64,000 nucleotides of DNA from Sedimentisphaerales bacterium (GCA_963666285.1 OY762711.1); one strand, 5' to 3'; shown: positions 1 through 10,285, numbered from the stretch's first letter. Program-made: numbers and translations. The notes: generated from the letters alone by a model not told the origin.

Positions 1-183
1 GGTCAACGGCTATTTAGCGAAATATACCATATTTTTCTGCAGGTTGATAACCTTACCGCCGGGGATATACCAGAAACTCAGCCAGCCGAGCCGAAGATTA
101 TAGACGCGGCGAGTCACCAGCAGCCCGCGGCGGAAGAAGCGTGGTTTTTTTTCGTATTGAATTGTGTCCAGTTCAAAGATTAA
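1..183 (+). CDS. Possible 3' end of a CDS entering from the left edge
   Basis: Frame 1 is open from base 1 to TAA at 181-183 (GQRLFSEIYHIF...QFKD*). No recognisable motif. Confidence 0.25.
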   Translation, partial: GQRLFSEIYHIFLQVDNLTAGDIPETQPAEPKIIDAASHQQPAAEEAWFFFVLNCVQFKD

Positions 184-185
184 CA

Positions 186-764
186 TTAGATATTCTTATC
201 CTCCTTCTCTGTTATGGGTGCCATGATAATAGATGCCTTCCGTTCGGTCGGATAATAATACAGGATAAATCTCTCGTTTCGACCGTTGACCACGCAAAAG
301 GTAAAAGGTTTATCTTTTGCCCGGGCCAGGGCCGCTGCGTCAATAGTGTTATGGCAAACCGTTTCGGCAACTCTTAATATGTCAACTTCCTTACCTATTA
401 TAGTGAACTCAAACGCATTATCGGTTTTGTCCATCTTGACAGTTGCCGTACCGGGCCCTTTCAGCCAGGTGATATCTTCTTTACTGCCCGGTGCCGGTTC
501 AAAACCCAATTTATATAGTTCCTCTCTGGCTTTTTCTGTTGTTACATGCACTAAGGCGATAAACTCATTTACCGACCAGCTGCCTCTAAATGTCGTATTA
601 TTCGATAGCGTTTTTGAGTTGCTGCAGGCGATATCTGAGATATATTTGACTTTCTGCTGTAAATCGCGGATATCCCTGTTCTGCAGGTATAGAAGCGAGC
701 CCATAACCGTAAAAACCAAAATAATGATGACAGTCGATATTTTATTCATATGTTTCCCTTTCAT
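186..764 (-). CDS. Hypothetical protein with N-terminal membrane anchor
   Basis: 192-aa ORF with hydrophobic stretch VIIILVFTVMGSLLYL followed by a short coiled-coil-like segment. Confidence 0.6.
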   Translation of the reverse strand: MKGKHMNKISTVIIILVFTVMGSLLYLQNRDIRDLQQKVKYISDIACSNSKTLSNNTTFRGSWSVNEFIALVHVTTEKAREELYKLGFEPAPGSKEDITWLKGPGTATVKMDKTDNAFEFTIIGKEVDILRVAETVCHNTIDAAALARAKDKPFTFCVVNGRNERFILYYYPTERKASIIMAPITEKEDKNI

Positions 765-944
765 ACTAAATGTATATACCGCAAAGAGTTAATCTTGATA
801 TTCCATAAACACAAGCATGCCTCTGTTAATTATTCAAAGTGACCAATTTTACACTTTTTATTGCTGTAACACAATTTAATGCAAATTGTTATATTAATGA
901 TTTAATTAGCTTGCCGATTTGCCATACTTATTACTTATATCTTA

Positions 945-2371
945 GTAAACTTTCGCACTTTTTGAGGGTTAAAATTTGAAAATATAAACAAAAAAATATC
1001 GGCGATCCGATGTCTTTAATGATTGATAACAATAGGACACGGAGGCCGATATGTACTATCAATATTATTCGACATGGACGCAATTTATTCAACAATTTTT
1101 TCCAATTTTTACAGAGCCGGGGGCACAAATCTTCTGCCGGGTGGTAATTGGTTGGATATTGTGCACTACTCGCCGCACGATAACAGGCATAATACCCTAC
1201 GCAGACCCGCTGGGCGAACGAGCTCACGATGCATATCATCGTTTCTTTCCAGATTGCCGCTGGTCTCTGAGCCGGATGTGGAAGATGCTCACCCTGATTA
1301 TGGTTCAAAGATTCTGTCCCAAAGGAACAATCACTCTGTCCATGGACGACACCCTGTTTCATCGAAGCGGTCCAAAAGTCCATGGAGCCGGATTCTGGAG
1401 AGATGCCGTTCGTTCTACCAAGAAAAGAATAGTATATGCCTGGGGTTTGAATTTGGTAGTAACGTGTCTGCAAATTCAACCATCTTGGGGTGGCGAACCT
1501 CTGGCACTGCCGGTCAATATGCGGTTGCATCGCAAAGGAGAAGAATCCTTGATTGAACTGGCGGTACAAATCATTAATGAAATATGCCAATGGCTTCCAA
1601 ACAGGCGTATAAGGCTTGTAGCAGACGGGTTTTATGCTACTCTGGCTGGAAAGAATCTTGAGAATGTTACCATTATCTCTCGAATCAGGCGTAATGCCGA
1701 TCTGTTTGAGCTGCCGCCTAAAGTTAAAGAGAAAACCCGTGGCAGACCTCGCTGTAGAGGGCAAAAACTGGCTAAGTTGGAAAAAATGGCTGCCCATATC
1801 AGAAATTGGAGAACAGTTGAGTTTAGTCAGAGAGGTACGATTATTGAAAGGCTGGTTTATACTCGTATTGCTCTCTGGTATAAGGTAACTCGCAAACCAA
1901 TCCTTGTTGTTATATGTAGAGACCCTGAAGGTAAGGAAAAAGATGACTTTTTCTTTACGACAGATATTACTATGGCGCCTGAGGAAGTTTTGACCTGTTA
2001 TGCCGATCGCTGGGCTATTGAAGATACGTTCAAGAACACTAAACAGCTGCTCGGTGTTCAACAGCTGCAGACATATAAGGGCAAAGGACCAGAAAGAGCC
2101 GCTGGTCTTGGACTCTGGCTGTACTCGATGGTCTGGTTGAGGTATCTGACCAAGAAACCCAATGAACAATACTTCTTTGTTCAGCCATGGTATCAACACA
2201 AAGAGACTCCGAGCTTCGCCGATGCTATCGCTGACCTCCGAAGGGAACTTTGGAGTGAAAGAATTAAATATATGTTCGGTAATTCGGCCGTTCATGATAA
2301 AAAATATACGTTTCTGCTGGATGCTCTGGCTCCAGCGGCTTAAATACACTATAAAAAATGCGAAAGTTTAC
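945..2371 (+). mobile_element. Insertion sequence (IS701/IS4-like DDE), 1427 bp, apparently intact
   Basis: Terminal inverted repeats GTAAACTTTCGCACTTTTT (945-963) and AAAAAATGCGAAAGTTTAC (2353-2371) match 18/19. Flanking direct repeat TCTTA at 940-944 and 2372-2376. Encloses a single transposase ORF. Confidence 0.9.
1051..2343 (+). CDS. DDE transposase (DDE_5/IS701-like)
   Basis: 430 aa with motifs MDDT, VADGFY and YADRWAIEDTFKNTK (Y-x2-R-x3-E-x6-K signature). RBS GGAGG upstream. Confidence 0.9.
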   Translation: MYYQYYSTWTQFIQQFFPIFTEPGAQIFCRVVIGWILCTTRRTITGIIPYADPLGERAHDAYHRFFPDCRWSLSRMWKMLTLIMVQRFCPKGTITLSMDDTLFHRSGPKVHGAGFWRDAVRSTKKRIVYAWGLNLVVTCLQIQPSWGGEPLALPVNMRLHRKGEESLIELAVQIINEICQWLPNRRIRLVADGFYATLAGKNLENVTIISRIRRNADLFELPPKVKEKTRGRPRCRGQKLAKLEKMAAHIRNWRTVEFSQRGTIIERLVYTRIALWYKVTRKPILVVICRDPEGKEKDDFFFTTDITMAPEEVLTCYADRWAIEDTFKNTKQLLGVQQLQTYKGKGPERAAGLGLWLYSMVWLRYLTKKPNEQYFFVQPWYQHKETPSFADAIADLRRELWSERIKYMFGNSAVHDKKYTFLLDALAPAA

Positions 2372-2862
2372 TCTTATTACTTGTTACTTATTATTCGCCT
2401 GTCCACACGTAGCGGAGCTGAAAGCTATTATATCGCTCGAACACCTTCCAGTCGGCAGCTCCGAAGTGTATATGATTGGACGAGCCGCGGCACGAAAGAC
2501 CGCGTGAATGCAGAGATGTACCCTTAACAATTGATAATGCCGGATCGAGCGTGGTAAAAATAAATGCAAATTCATTTCAGCTTACATGCGATCAGACATA
2601 ATCATACACGAGGTGTATATAGACCCTGACGACCTCAATTGATCAATGTCTCCGCGCCTATACTGCGCCCATACCGCACGCTCTCTTTGACAAGTAAATA
2701 GAATTATGCAGGCGTATAGTAATGAGTTCTGAGGATGGCACCTATAGAGTTTGATTTTGTACGATCACTTGGAAGGCTAGTAATGATAATAATTATTCAT
2801 GCCAGGCTCGTACGGACATTTTCAACAGTTATGGATATAGCATGTATATCCATTTCGATGAT

Positions 2863-2946
2863 AAAAAAAGCCGGCACGATCTTATCCTTATGGTGTTATG
2901 GTCGGGATTAAGAAGGGAAAGATTTCAGGACAAAACCGCACCAGCC
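2863..2946 (-). terminator. Long G:U-rich stem-loop plus U-tract downstream of GH31 (terminator or structured 3' UTR)
   Basis: On the minus strand, arms 2927-2946 and 2869-2888 form 20 contiguous pairs (13 Watson-Crick, 7 G:U) around a 38-nt loop, followed by U6. Confidence 0.65.
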
Positions 2947-2964
2947 AAAATTGAGTGTCTTACA

Positions 2965-5900
2965 TTATTCGCTTCCATTCCTGATAAGTTTTGCATCGAT
3001 CCAGTCACCATGGTCAAATTCATTACCATCATCCAGATCCATCAATACCAGGCGTAGCTCTTTAACGCCCTTGATCTTAAGCTCAATCAGCTGTTTGATA
3101 TTTTCACCAGACATCTCCGGGCTTTCGAACACAAGCTTACCGTCGGCAAACACACGGAACATTACGCTGCCTTTATCGCCAACTTCATCATCCATCCCCA
3201 CATGCCCTGCCAGCCGGTCAAAACTGCCATCTATCGTATAGGTAATCTCAGAATTGGCCTTCACGCCAATACCCTTTTGATATTGATGATCATTTACACT
3301 GATAGCGTGGCCACCGATACTCTTATCATATTTATATTCTCCCTTAACAGAAGCAGGCTCAATATCACTCAGGTAAACAGCCTCCTCAGGCAGCGATGGA
3401 GCATTAACATCCTGGAGAACATTAAATTCAGCGGCAGAAGCAAAACTATTTCCGTTAGTTTCACTGAGTATCTTAATCCTCACATACTCGCCCCACACAG
3501 CAGTGAAATTAACAGTCTGCATCTCTTTGATCTTTTCAAAGCTGCCTTTATAAACCGGTTCGCCAAAATTATCCTTCGTACGGCTGACATATATCTCAAA
3601 GTCTTTGATTGTACCGTTACCCAAATTCTCGCGAGCCATATACTGGAAGCCATTGACTGCATATAAACCATTCAGCCCGATATCAACAATAAACGGATGC
3701 TCGGTTACATCTTTACCGGGCTTTTTGCTGTAATTAGAATGCCATATAGTTTCCAGTGTGCCATCAAACGCATTATTTATGCTTCTATTTTGTTGTGAAT
3801 TAGTTGTTACTGTAAATTCTGACCGGTCGAGCTCATCGGTAACCTCCGGAACGGGGTAATCGTCAGAGGCGGGAATCAGCAGACTCTCATCAATATCCAG
3901 ATGCAGCTTAACAACAGTATCAGTTGAAACCCGGTTAAGTTTGACATGAACAATCCCCCGCCTGTCAGCAGCGTCATAGTACCATCCTGAGACAGCGTTA
4001 GGGTATGCCTGGGGCTCAGTAAGCTCTAACAGAGTCTTATTATCCATTGTAATTGACAGCGGCTTAAGCTCAGAATGAATCTCGAACTCATATACCCTGC
4101 TGGTCAGCTTTCCATCAAAATCACCGATACTCCTGCCAACTACAATATCAATATCGCCAGCCTTGCCTTCAGGTGCATTTACAGTAATAAGCTGCCTGGC
4201 AAACTGCCCCTGCTGATATTTACGAGTCAGGCCATCATCTTCATACATCTCAAACTCAGATTTGCCATACGGGTAAATATCAAATGTCAGAGGATCTTTA
4301 GGTTTCTGGTTATTATAAAGCATCTCCGGGTACATTGGAATGATAGCTCCCGCTTTTACTATCAAAGGCAGTTTTTCGAGCGTGACAGGATAAGCGTCGA
4401 TAGTCCTGGGGCCTTCGACCACCCTGCCATCCCAGTAATCAACCCAGCGACCTTCCGGCAAATAAATATCTTCCTTTCGCCAGCCTTTGTTTATATTCAT
4501 ACTCGTATAAACCGGAGCTACGAGTATCCATTCACCCAGCATATACTGATACTGTGTTGATCTATCCCAGGTTTTCTTATCCTGAGGATAATCCCATATC
4601 ATGCCGCGTACAACCGGAGAACCGGTATCATATGCCTCTCTTGTGTATTTATACATATAAGGCATAAGCCGCATTTTCATTTTGAGGTATTTTCTATTAA
4701 TTGAACGATAAGGCTCATCATAAGACCACGGACTCTTACTGATATGGCTCCATCCGTTCATCGCATATAAGACAGGCGTAAAACACTTCCACTGCAAATC
4801 ACGAGTATATGTTTCACTGCTGCCGCCGAAAATACCATCAACATCAGTTGTTGCATACGCCTGACCAGACATACCGGACCCGATAAGAGTTGGGATATGA
4901 TACCTAATCAAGTCCCATGAACCATATTGGTCTCCCGTCCAGCAGACGGAATATCGTTGCGTGCCGGCCCACCCCTGAACAGTCCAGACAAAACCTCGAC
5001 TGTCAGAATTAGACACCAGCGATTCCCAGGCCTGCTTATTGGCATCCAGCGAAAACTGATATGCCGGCCCGGTCCAGGCAACATCCAGCTTCTGCAGCCT
5101 TGTACCTGCGGTACCGACCTCCCATTTAGTCTTTTCCAGGCCCTTTTCAGTCCAAAGCCCGGTATGAAACCCAAGATCGGCTAAAGAACTGACCACTCGC
5201 GGCAGCTCAACATACCCGCAGCCATAACCGTCGTTTACCAACAGCCAGCCGCCGGGCATATCATATTTACGATATTGCTCCGCAACCCGGTCAATACAAT
5301 CCGGTGTTATCTCGACAAAATTACCATTTTCATCTTTTAACGGCTCCTTGGTCTTTTTGTCACGAGTCATATAGGCGTCAGCCTCACCAAGCTCAAGTGC
5401 CCAGATAGGCACAAAGTTAGGCCTGCCGGTAAACTGGGTGTAAAGATCAATTATCCGGTTGAATGTATCGCCAACAAAATAATAAGCATCAAATCGTTTT
5501 TCCTTATGCTCCAATTTGATTGACATATTGCTAGTAAAGTCATACACACCCGGTGAAAAAGTGTTTCGCAACACACCATAACCCTTATTGCTCATATAAA
5601 ACGGTGCAGGATTAGGATGGCCACCTTCATTCCAGTTTCCATCAGCCCTTATATCTATCCTGGTACCTTTATGAGAAAAATACCCGTTTTGCTGGCCACC
5701 GCCATAATAATATTCATCCAGCCCCGTACTCAAGGTTTGAGCGGTGCTATCACCAAATGTAATCGGCTCAAGTTCCTTAAAAATAAGATTTTTATCGCAA
5801 TCGAAAAGTTCAAAGCTGCAATCGCCCTTTTCCATACGCAAAATCAGCTTGTCTGTGACAAATTCAATATACTTATCTCCATCAGTAATTTTTATATTTT

Positions 5901-6243
5901 TAATGGTATCAATATCATTTATCACAATAGATGCTTTATCAGGATTATTTAACGGATCCCTGGTGTTTCCACCCGGTGCGGCCAGAATACGGAACACGTC
6001 AGGCCTGTAGAATATTACCTGGATCACAATATCATTATCAGTGAATATATCGTATCTGCCAGAAGTGACATTCTGAACAAATTTAATTACATTTCCACAT
6101 TGTAATGTTTGCGTTTTGGGATCATTTCCATCTGCGGCACAAACCGGCAAAATAAAAACACCAAAGCAACACAAAAATGCTATAGATAACCTATGGAAAA
6201 CCATTCTGAGAGAATATTTATTTTTTTGCTGAGTACTTGTCAC
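2965..6243 (-). CDS. Secreted GH31 glycosidase, alpha-N-acetylgalactosaminidase (Nag31)-like, with F5/8-type (CBM32-like) and NPCBM (CBM51-like) modules
   Basis: Signal peptide; nucleophile region MPGGWLLVNDGYGCGY; WTGDQ; DVDGIFGG; C-terminal FDGTLETIWHS and YLSD...GIGVKANS...DHGDWIDA modules. RBS GGAGAGG before the GTG start. Confidence 0.8.
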   Translation of the reverse strand: MTSTQQKNKYSLRMVFHRLSIAFLCCFGVFILPVCAADGNDPKTQTLQCGNVIKFVQNVTSGRYDIFTDNDIVIQVIFYRPDVFRILAAPGGNTRDPLNNPDKASIVINDIDTIKNIKITDGDKYIEFVTDKLILRMEKGDCSFELFDCDKNLIFKELEPITFGDSTAQTLSTGLDEYYYGGGQQNGYFSHKGTRIDIRADGNWNEGGHPNPAPFYMSNKGYGVLRNTFSPGVYDFTSNMSIKLEHKEKRFDAYYFVGDTFNRIIDLYTQFTGRPNFVPIWALELGEADAYMTRDKKTKEPLKDENGNFVEITPDCIDRVAEQYRKYDMPGGWLLVNDGYGCGYVELPRVVSSLADLGFHTGLWTEKGLEKTKWEVGTAGTRLQKLDVAWTGPAYQFSLDANKQAWESLVSNSDSRGFVWTVQGWAGTQRYSVCWTGDQYGSWDLIRYHIPTLIGSGMSGQAYATTDVDGIFGGSSETYTRDLQWKCFTPVLYAMNGWSHISKSPWSYDEPYRSINRKYLKMKMRLMPYMYKYTREAYDTGSPVVRGMIWDYPQDKKTWDRSTQYQYMLGEWILVAPVYTSMNINKGWRKEDIYLPEGRWVDYWDGRVVEGPRTIDAYPVTLEKLPLIVKAGAIIPMYPEMLYNNQKPKDPLTFDIYPYGKSEFEMYEDDGLTRKYQQGQFARQLITVNAPEGKAGDIDIVVGRSIGDFDGKLTSRVYEFEIHSELKPLSITMDNKTLLELTEPQAYPNAVSGWYYDAADRRGIVHVKLNRVSTDTVVKLHLDIDESLLIPASDDYPVPEVTDELDRSEFTVTTNSQQNRSINNAFDGTLETIWHSNYSKKPGKDVTEHPFIVDIGLNGLYAVNGFQYMARENLGNGTIKDFEIYVSRTKDNFGEPVYKGSFEKIKEMQTVNFTAVWGEYVRIKILSETNGNSFASAAEFNVLQDVNAPSLPEEAVYLSDIEPASVKGEYKYDKSIGGHAISVNDHQYQKGIGVKANSEITYTIDGSFDRLAGHVGMDDEVGDKGSVMFRVFADGKLVFESPEMSGENIKQLIELKIKGVKELRLVLMDLDDGNEFDHGDWIDAKLIRNGSE

Positions 6244-6338
6244 GGCCTCTCCATTCTTAAAAAATGTTCATATGCAACATTACAGGCTTAACTAGCTTGA
6301 TAATAGCAGTAACGATATCACAATTAACAATTCCATTC

Positions 6339-6373
6339 AATAGACAGTTGTAATGCCATAATGGATATTTGTA
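6339..6373 (-). promoter_or_regulatory. AraC-type tandem direct-repeat site adjoining the -35 of the GH31 promoter
   Basis: AATAGACAGTTGTA (6339) and AATGGATATTTGTA (6360), 21-bp period. On the minus strand it runs into TTGAAT. Confidence 0.65.
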
Positions 6374-6569
6374 AGTGGTTATGCTGCACCGGTATAAGAG
6401 CAAATTGGCCCCAACTGCCCAACAAAAACGAGTGCCCGACTTAAGTAATTACTGCATATACACTTAGGTATGCAACCAGCGTCTATAAACCACGCACTAT
6501 GGTCCTATAACAAATGAGTGTTTGTAAAACTCAGGATTTCATAAAAAACAGCCAAAATATAAGACTGTT

Positions 6570-6604
6570 TACAATCATCCATTATCTAGTTACTCATATC
6601 TATT
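6570..6604 (+). promoter_or_regulatory. AraC-type tandem site upstream of the GH20 operon
   Basis: TACAATCATCCATT (6570) and TACTCATATCTATT (6591), 21-bp period, overlapping a -35-like TTGCCG. Confidence 0.6.
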
Positions 6605-6764
6605 GCCGAAAACTCGAAAATGAATTAATCTTTTATATATAAGAATTTAACCAATTTGCAATGTGTGCTAATCAATAAATATTAACACAAAGCATGATTT
6701 CTCAACCTTTAGAAGATTATAGATATATCAATGCCAGATGATAACTACTTTAAAGATATTAAGC

Positions 6765-6999
6765 GTGCGGTATCGCCCTTTTGACAATTAATATTACACG
6801 CAAAGGTCAGAACAGGGCCAATGAAGTGAAAAATGAATAATTAAGTGAAAAATTAAGGTGTCCCGATGTACGTTGACATCAGGAATAATTCACTATCGTC
6901 TCACACTTTATTTAAAACATAAGAGATGCAGGAAGGTCATTTTATGCGATTTACCAAAAGGCACTTCGTTACTGCAACTTAAAAATTACGAAAGTTAAC
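6765..6999 (+). mobile_element. MITE-like element, copy 1 (235 bp, diverged)
   Basis: Starts GTGCGGTATCGCCCTTTTGAC and ends TACGAAAGTTAAC. Shares ATTACACGCAAAGG and TGCAGGAAGG blocks with copy 2. Flanks TAAGC/TGAGC (4/5 match). Confidence 0.65.
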
Positions 7000-7065
7000 T
7001 GAGCTAAAAATTATTAAATAGCCAGAAAGAACAAGAACATTATAAATTAGGTGGAAGCAATATAA

Positions 7066-9036
7066 ATGAAAAATTATAAAATATTCAGTTTCGTTGTTTA
7101 CCTGCTATCTATTCTGAACGTACAGTTTTTATCTGATTGTGAAGCACAAATATCCATCATACCAGAACCCACCAAAATGGAGATAAAAACCGGATATTTT
7201 GAAATTAATTCGGCAACATCAATACTTACTACCAGGGAAACTCAATCTCTTGGCGATAAGCTGGTAAAAATACTGGCACCTGCCACCGGGCTAACATTAA
7301 AAACAAAAACCGATACAAATCAGCAAACAAACACAATACAGTTAAAACTGGACAAAAGTCTGGCAACAACAGGCGATGAAGGTTATAGATTAACTGTCAG
7401 CTCCAATACAGTTTTAATAGAAGCGGCGGAAGAGGCCGGTGTGTTTTACGGCATCCAAACGCTTCGCCAGCTGCTACCGGTTGAAATATTTGATAAAAAG
7501 CGAGCGTCAGGTGTAAAATGGCAGATTCCATGTGTTGTGATCGAAGATACCCCCCGCTTTAAATGGCGCGGCATGCATATGGATGTTGGCCGGTATTTCA
7601 TGCCAAAAGACTTTGTAAAAAAATATATAGACCTTCTGGCTATACATAAGATGAATACTTTTCACTGGCACCTCACCGAAGACCAGGGCTGGCGAATAGA
7701 AATTAAAAAATATCCAAAGCTTACCGAAATTGGCGCATGGCGTAAAGAAACCGTTCTGGGCAGAAACACAAACAAGTATGATGGTAAGAAACATGGAGGA
7801 TTTTACACCCAGGCTGAGATTCGAGAGATAGTGGCTTATGCCAAAGAAAGGTATATCACAATTGTACCTGAAATTGAAATGCCCGGGCACAGTGTTGCAG
7901 CTCTTGCCGCATATCCGGAATATTCGTGTACAGGCGGACCGTTTGAGGTAGAGACACGTTGGGGCGTAAAATCAAATGTTTATTGTGCGGGCAACGACAA
8001 GACAATTGAATTTTTGCAGGATATACTGCTTGAAGTACTCGAATTATTCCCAGGCGAATATATTCATATTGGTGGTGATGAATGTCCGAAAAGCCGCTGG
8101 GAAAAATGTCCTAAATGCCAGGCACGCATTAAGGCTGAAGGTCTGAAAAATGAGCATGAACTGCAAAGCTGGTTCATCAAGCAGATGGACACATTTCTGA
8201 CAGAAAGAGGCAGAAGATTGCTCGGCTGGGATGAGATACTAGAAGGCGGCCTGGCACCGGGAGCAACAATCATGTCCTGGCGAGGAGAAAAAGGCGGAAT
8301 CAGTGCCGCCAAAGCCGGTCATGATGTTGTCATGGCCCCGAACAGCTACACATATTTTGACTACTATCAGGCCCAGCCGAATAATGAGCCATTAGCAATC
8401 GGAGGATTTTTGCCAATAGATAAAGTGTATTCTTATAATCCAACTCCATCAGTTTTGTCTGACAAAGAGAAGGAAAGAATACTTGGCGTGCAGGCTCAAC
8501 TCTGGACGGAATATATTCCAACAAGCAGCCATTTAGAGTACATGGCATTTCCAAGGGCATGTGCATTATCTGAGGTAGCCTGGACCAGTAAAGAGAAAAA
8601 AGAATTTTCTGAATTTTACGAGCGATTAAAAACACACTTGAAACGACTCGACTACATTGAAGTAAATTACAGAAAACCTGACCCAATAAAGATTATGCTA
8701 GGCAATTGGAAATCCGGCCAGACCACCGAAGAATTCAAGCCTACTGAATGGGATATCACGTCGCAAATAAATGAACCAGGATTGTACACAATAACGTTTC
8801 AATACACCGGAGGGGCACATCGGTTAGACATTCAAAAAGTCGAACTTCTAAGAGACGGTAAAGTTATAGCTAATGACGAACATACCGGCATTACAGGCAG
8901 CAAAACTGTGGACAACACCTATAAAATAAAATTTGATAAATACAGCAGCTCCAGCAAATACACTCTTCGTGCTGGAATTCGAAGTGATGGGGGAAGCGAT
9001 TCAAACGGGAATATTTATATTTCAAAGCAGGAATGA
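7066..9036 (+). CDS. GH20 beta-N-acetylhexosaminidase
   Basis: Motifs PRFKWRGMHMDVGR, HWHLTEDQGWR, PEIEMPGH, catalytic HIGGDE and LWTEYI. Signal peptide present. Confidence 0.93.
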   Translation: MKNYKIFSFVVYLLSILNVQFLSDCEAQISIIPEPTKMEIKTGYFEINSATSILTTRETQSLGDKLVKILAPATGLTLKTKTDTNQQTNTIQLKLDKSLATTGDEGYRLTVSSNTVLIEAAEEAGVFYGIQTLRQLLPVEIFDKKRASGVKWQIPCVVIEDTPRFKWRGMHMDVGRYFMPKDFVKKYIDLLAIHKMNTFHWHLTEDQGWRIEIKKYPKLTEIGAWRKETVLGRNTNKYDGKKHGGFYTQAEIREIVAYAKERYITIVPEIEMPGHSVAALAAYPEYSCTGGPFEVETRWGVKSNVYCAGNDKTIEFLQDILLEVLELFPGEYIHIGGDECPKSRWEKCPKCQARIKAEGLKNEHELQSWFIKQMDTFLTERGRRLLGWDEILEGGLAPGATIMSWRGEKGGISAAKAGHDVVMAPNSYTYFDYYQAQPNNEPLAIGGFLPIDKVYSYNPTPSVLSDKEKERILGVQAQLWTEYIPTSSHLEYMAFPRACALSEVAWTSKEKKEFSEFYERLKTHLKRLDYIEVNYRKPDPIKIMLGNWKSGQTTEEFKPTEWDITSQINEPGLYTITFQYTGGAHRLDIQKVELLRDGKVIANDEHTGITGSKTVDNTYKIKFDKYSSSSKYTLRAGIRSDGGSDSNGNIYISKQE

Positions 9037-9052
9037 TGGAGGAGAGAAACAA

Positions 9053-10222
9053 GTGAATTATGATTTAAGTCAAATATGCGGTAATTTCCAAATATACGGA
9101 GACTTTGTTTCCGGCATACCTTACGGATCCGGTCATATCAACGATACATTTCTGGTAACATATAACCAGGCCGGCGAGCCGGTTCGATACATTTTGCAAA
9201 GAATTAATCATTATGTATTTAAAAATACAAAAGGATTAATGGAGAACATAGCAAGAGTAACCAAGCATATAACTAAAAAGCTAATTGCAGAGGGTTTAGA
9301 AGATGTTACTCGAAGAGTATTGACCCTGGTCGAAACTACTGATGATTTGCCATATTTTATAGATAACGATGGTAATACGTGGCGTGTATACCTTTTTATA
9401 GAAAATGCACAAACATATGATATATTGACATCAAACAGTCATGCCAAAATGGCAGCAAAAGCGTTTGGCCAATTCCAGGAACAGCTGGCAGACCTGGACC
9501 AGACAGAAAACCCACTTATTGAGACAATTCCCAACTTCCATAATGGTCCCTGGAGATACCAGATGTTTTTGGAAGCCCTGGAAAATGATTCATGCAACCG
9601 GGCAGTATCAGCAAAACCAGAAATCGATTTCCTAAATGAAAATGCTGGTTTATTTGATATATTCCCCCAGTTAATCGAAGCCGGTAAGATACCTATCCGT
9701 ATCACCCATAACGATACCAAAATCAATAATATCATGATTGACGATGTAACGGGTGAGGCAGTTTGCGTAATTGACCTCGATACCGTTATGCCGGGACTGG
9801 CTCTTTATGACTTTGGCGATATTGTCCGAACGACCTCCTCAGCGAGTGCAGAAGACGAGCCGGATCTAAGTAAGGTATATGCGCAACTTCCTCGATTCAA
9901 TGCAGTAGTAGACGGATATTTGGCCAGTGCCGGGAAATTTCTGAACCAGGTAGAGAAAGATCATTTAGTCCACTCCGGAAAGCTAATTACACTGATGATA
10001 GGTACCCGATTTTTGACTGATTACCTCTGTGGGGACCAGTATTTCAAGGTTCATCGTGAAGGTCATAATCTTGATCGTTGCCGAACACAGTTCAAACTGG
10101 TCCAATCTATCATCGATCAGCAGGAAGAAATGGAAAAATGTGTTGAATCTTTCGGTCAAAGTTCTATACTTGAAACAAATAGAAATAAGCAGAAAATAAA
10201 TAATAGTTCAATTATTAAGTAA
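9053..10222 (+). CDS. APH-fold phosphotransferase, N-acetylhexosamine 1-kinase (NahK/LnpB)-like
   Basis: Motifs GSGHINDTF, YILQRIN, THNDTKINN, IDLDTVMPG and YDFGD. Start moved to GTG 9053 (RBS GGAGGA); the ORF track starts at 8933, inside GH20. Confidence 0.75.
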   Translation: MNYDLSQICGNFQIYGDFVSGIPYGSGHINDTFLVTYNQAGEPVRYILQRINHYVFKNTKGLMENIARVTKHITKKLIAEGLEDVTRRVLTLVETTDDLPYFIDNDGNTWRVYLFIENAQTYDILTSNSHAKMAAKAFGQFQEQLADLDQTENPLIETIPNFHNGPWRYQMFLEALENDSCNRAVSAKPEIDFLNENAGLFDIFPQLIEAGKIPIRITHNDTKINNIMIDDVTGEAVCVIDLDTVMPGLALYDFGDIVRTTSSASAEDEPDLSKVYAQLPRFNAVVDGYLASAGKFLNQVEKDHLVHSGKLITLMIGTRFLTDYLCGDQYFKVHREGHNLDRCRTQFKLVQSIIDQQEEMEKCVESFGQSSILETNRNKQKINNSSIIK

Positions 10223-10285
10223 ATATTTTGATATCCTTGTAAGATATTTTGACATTCTTGTAAGGAATAAGGCAGGAAAAGTATT

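Noticed and set aside
286..792. 168-aa plus-strand ORF and the many other short ORFs overlapping long CDSs
   Set aside because: Antisense or alternate-frame shadows of better supported genes; no motifs.
931..2349. 472-aa minus-strand ORF spanning the IS
   Set aside because: Antisense shadow of the transposase with no recognisable motifs; the plus-strand ORF carries the DDE signature and RBS.
2377..2820. Possible gene or element remnant right of the IS
   Set aside because: Only short ORFs and no recognisable homology; cannot support a pseudogene call.
2811..2853. Partial match to the AraC-type motif and a small inverted repeat ATGGATATA/TATATCCAT
   Set aside because: Spacing is 19 rather than 21 bp and no gene lies downstream in the window.
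8933..9052. N-terminal extension of the kinase ORF
   Set aside because: Overlaps the GH20 3' end; a GGAGGA RBS supports GTG 9053.
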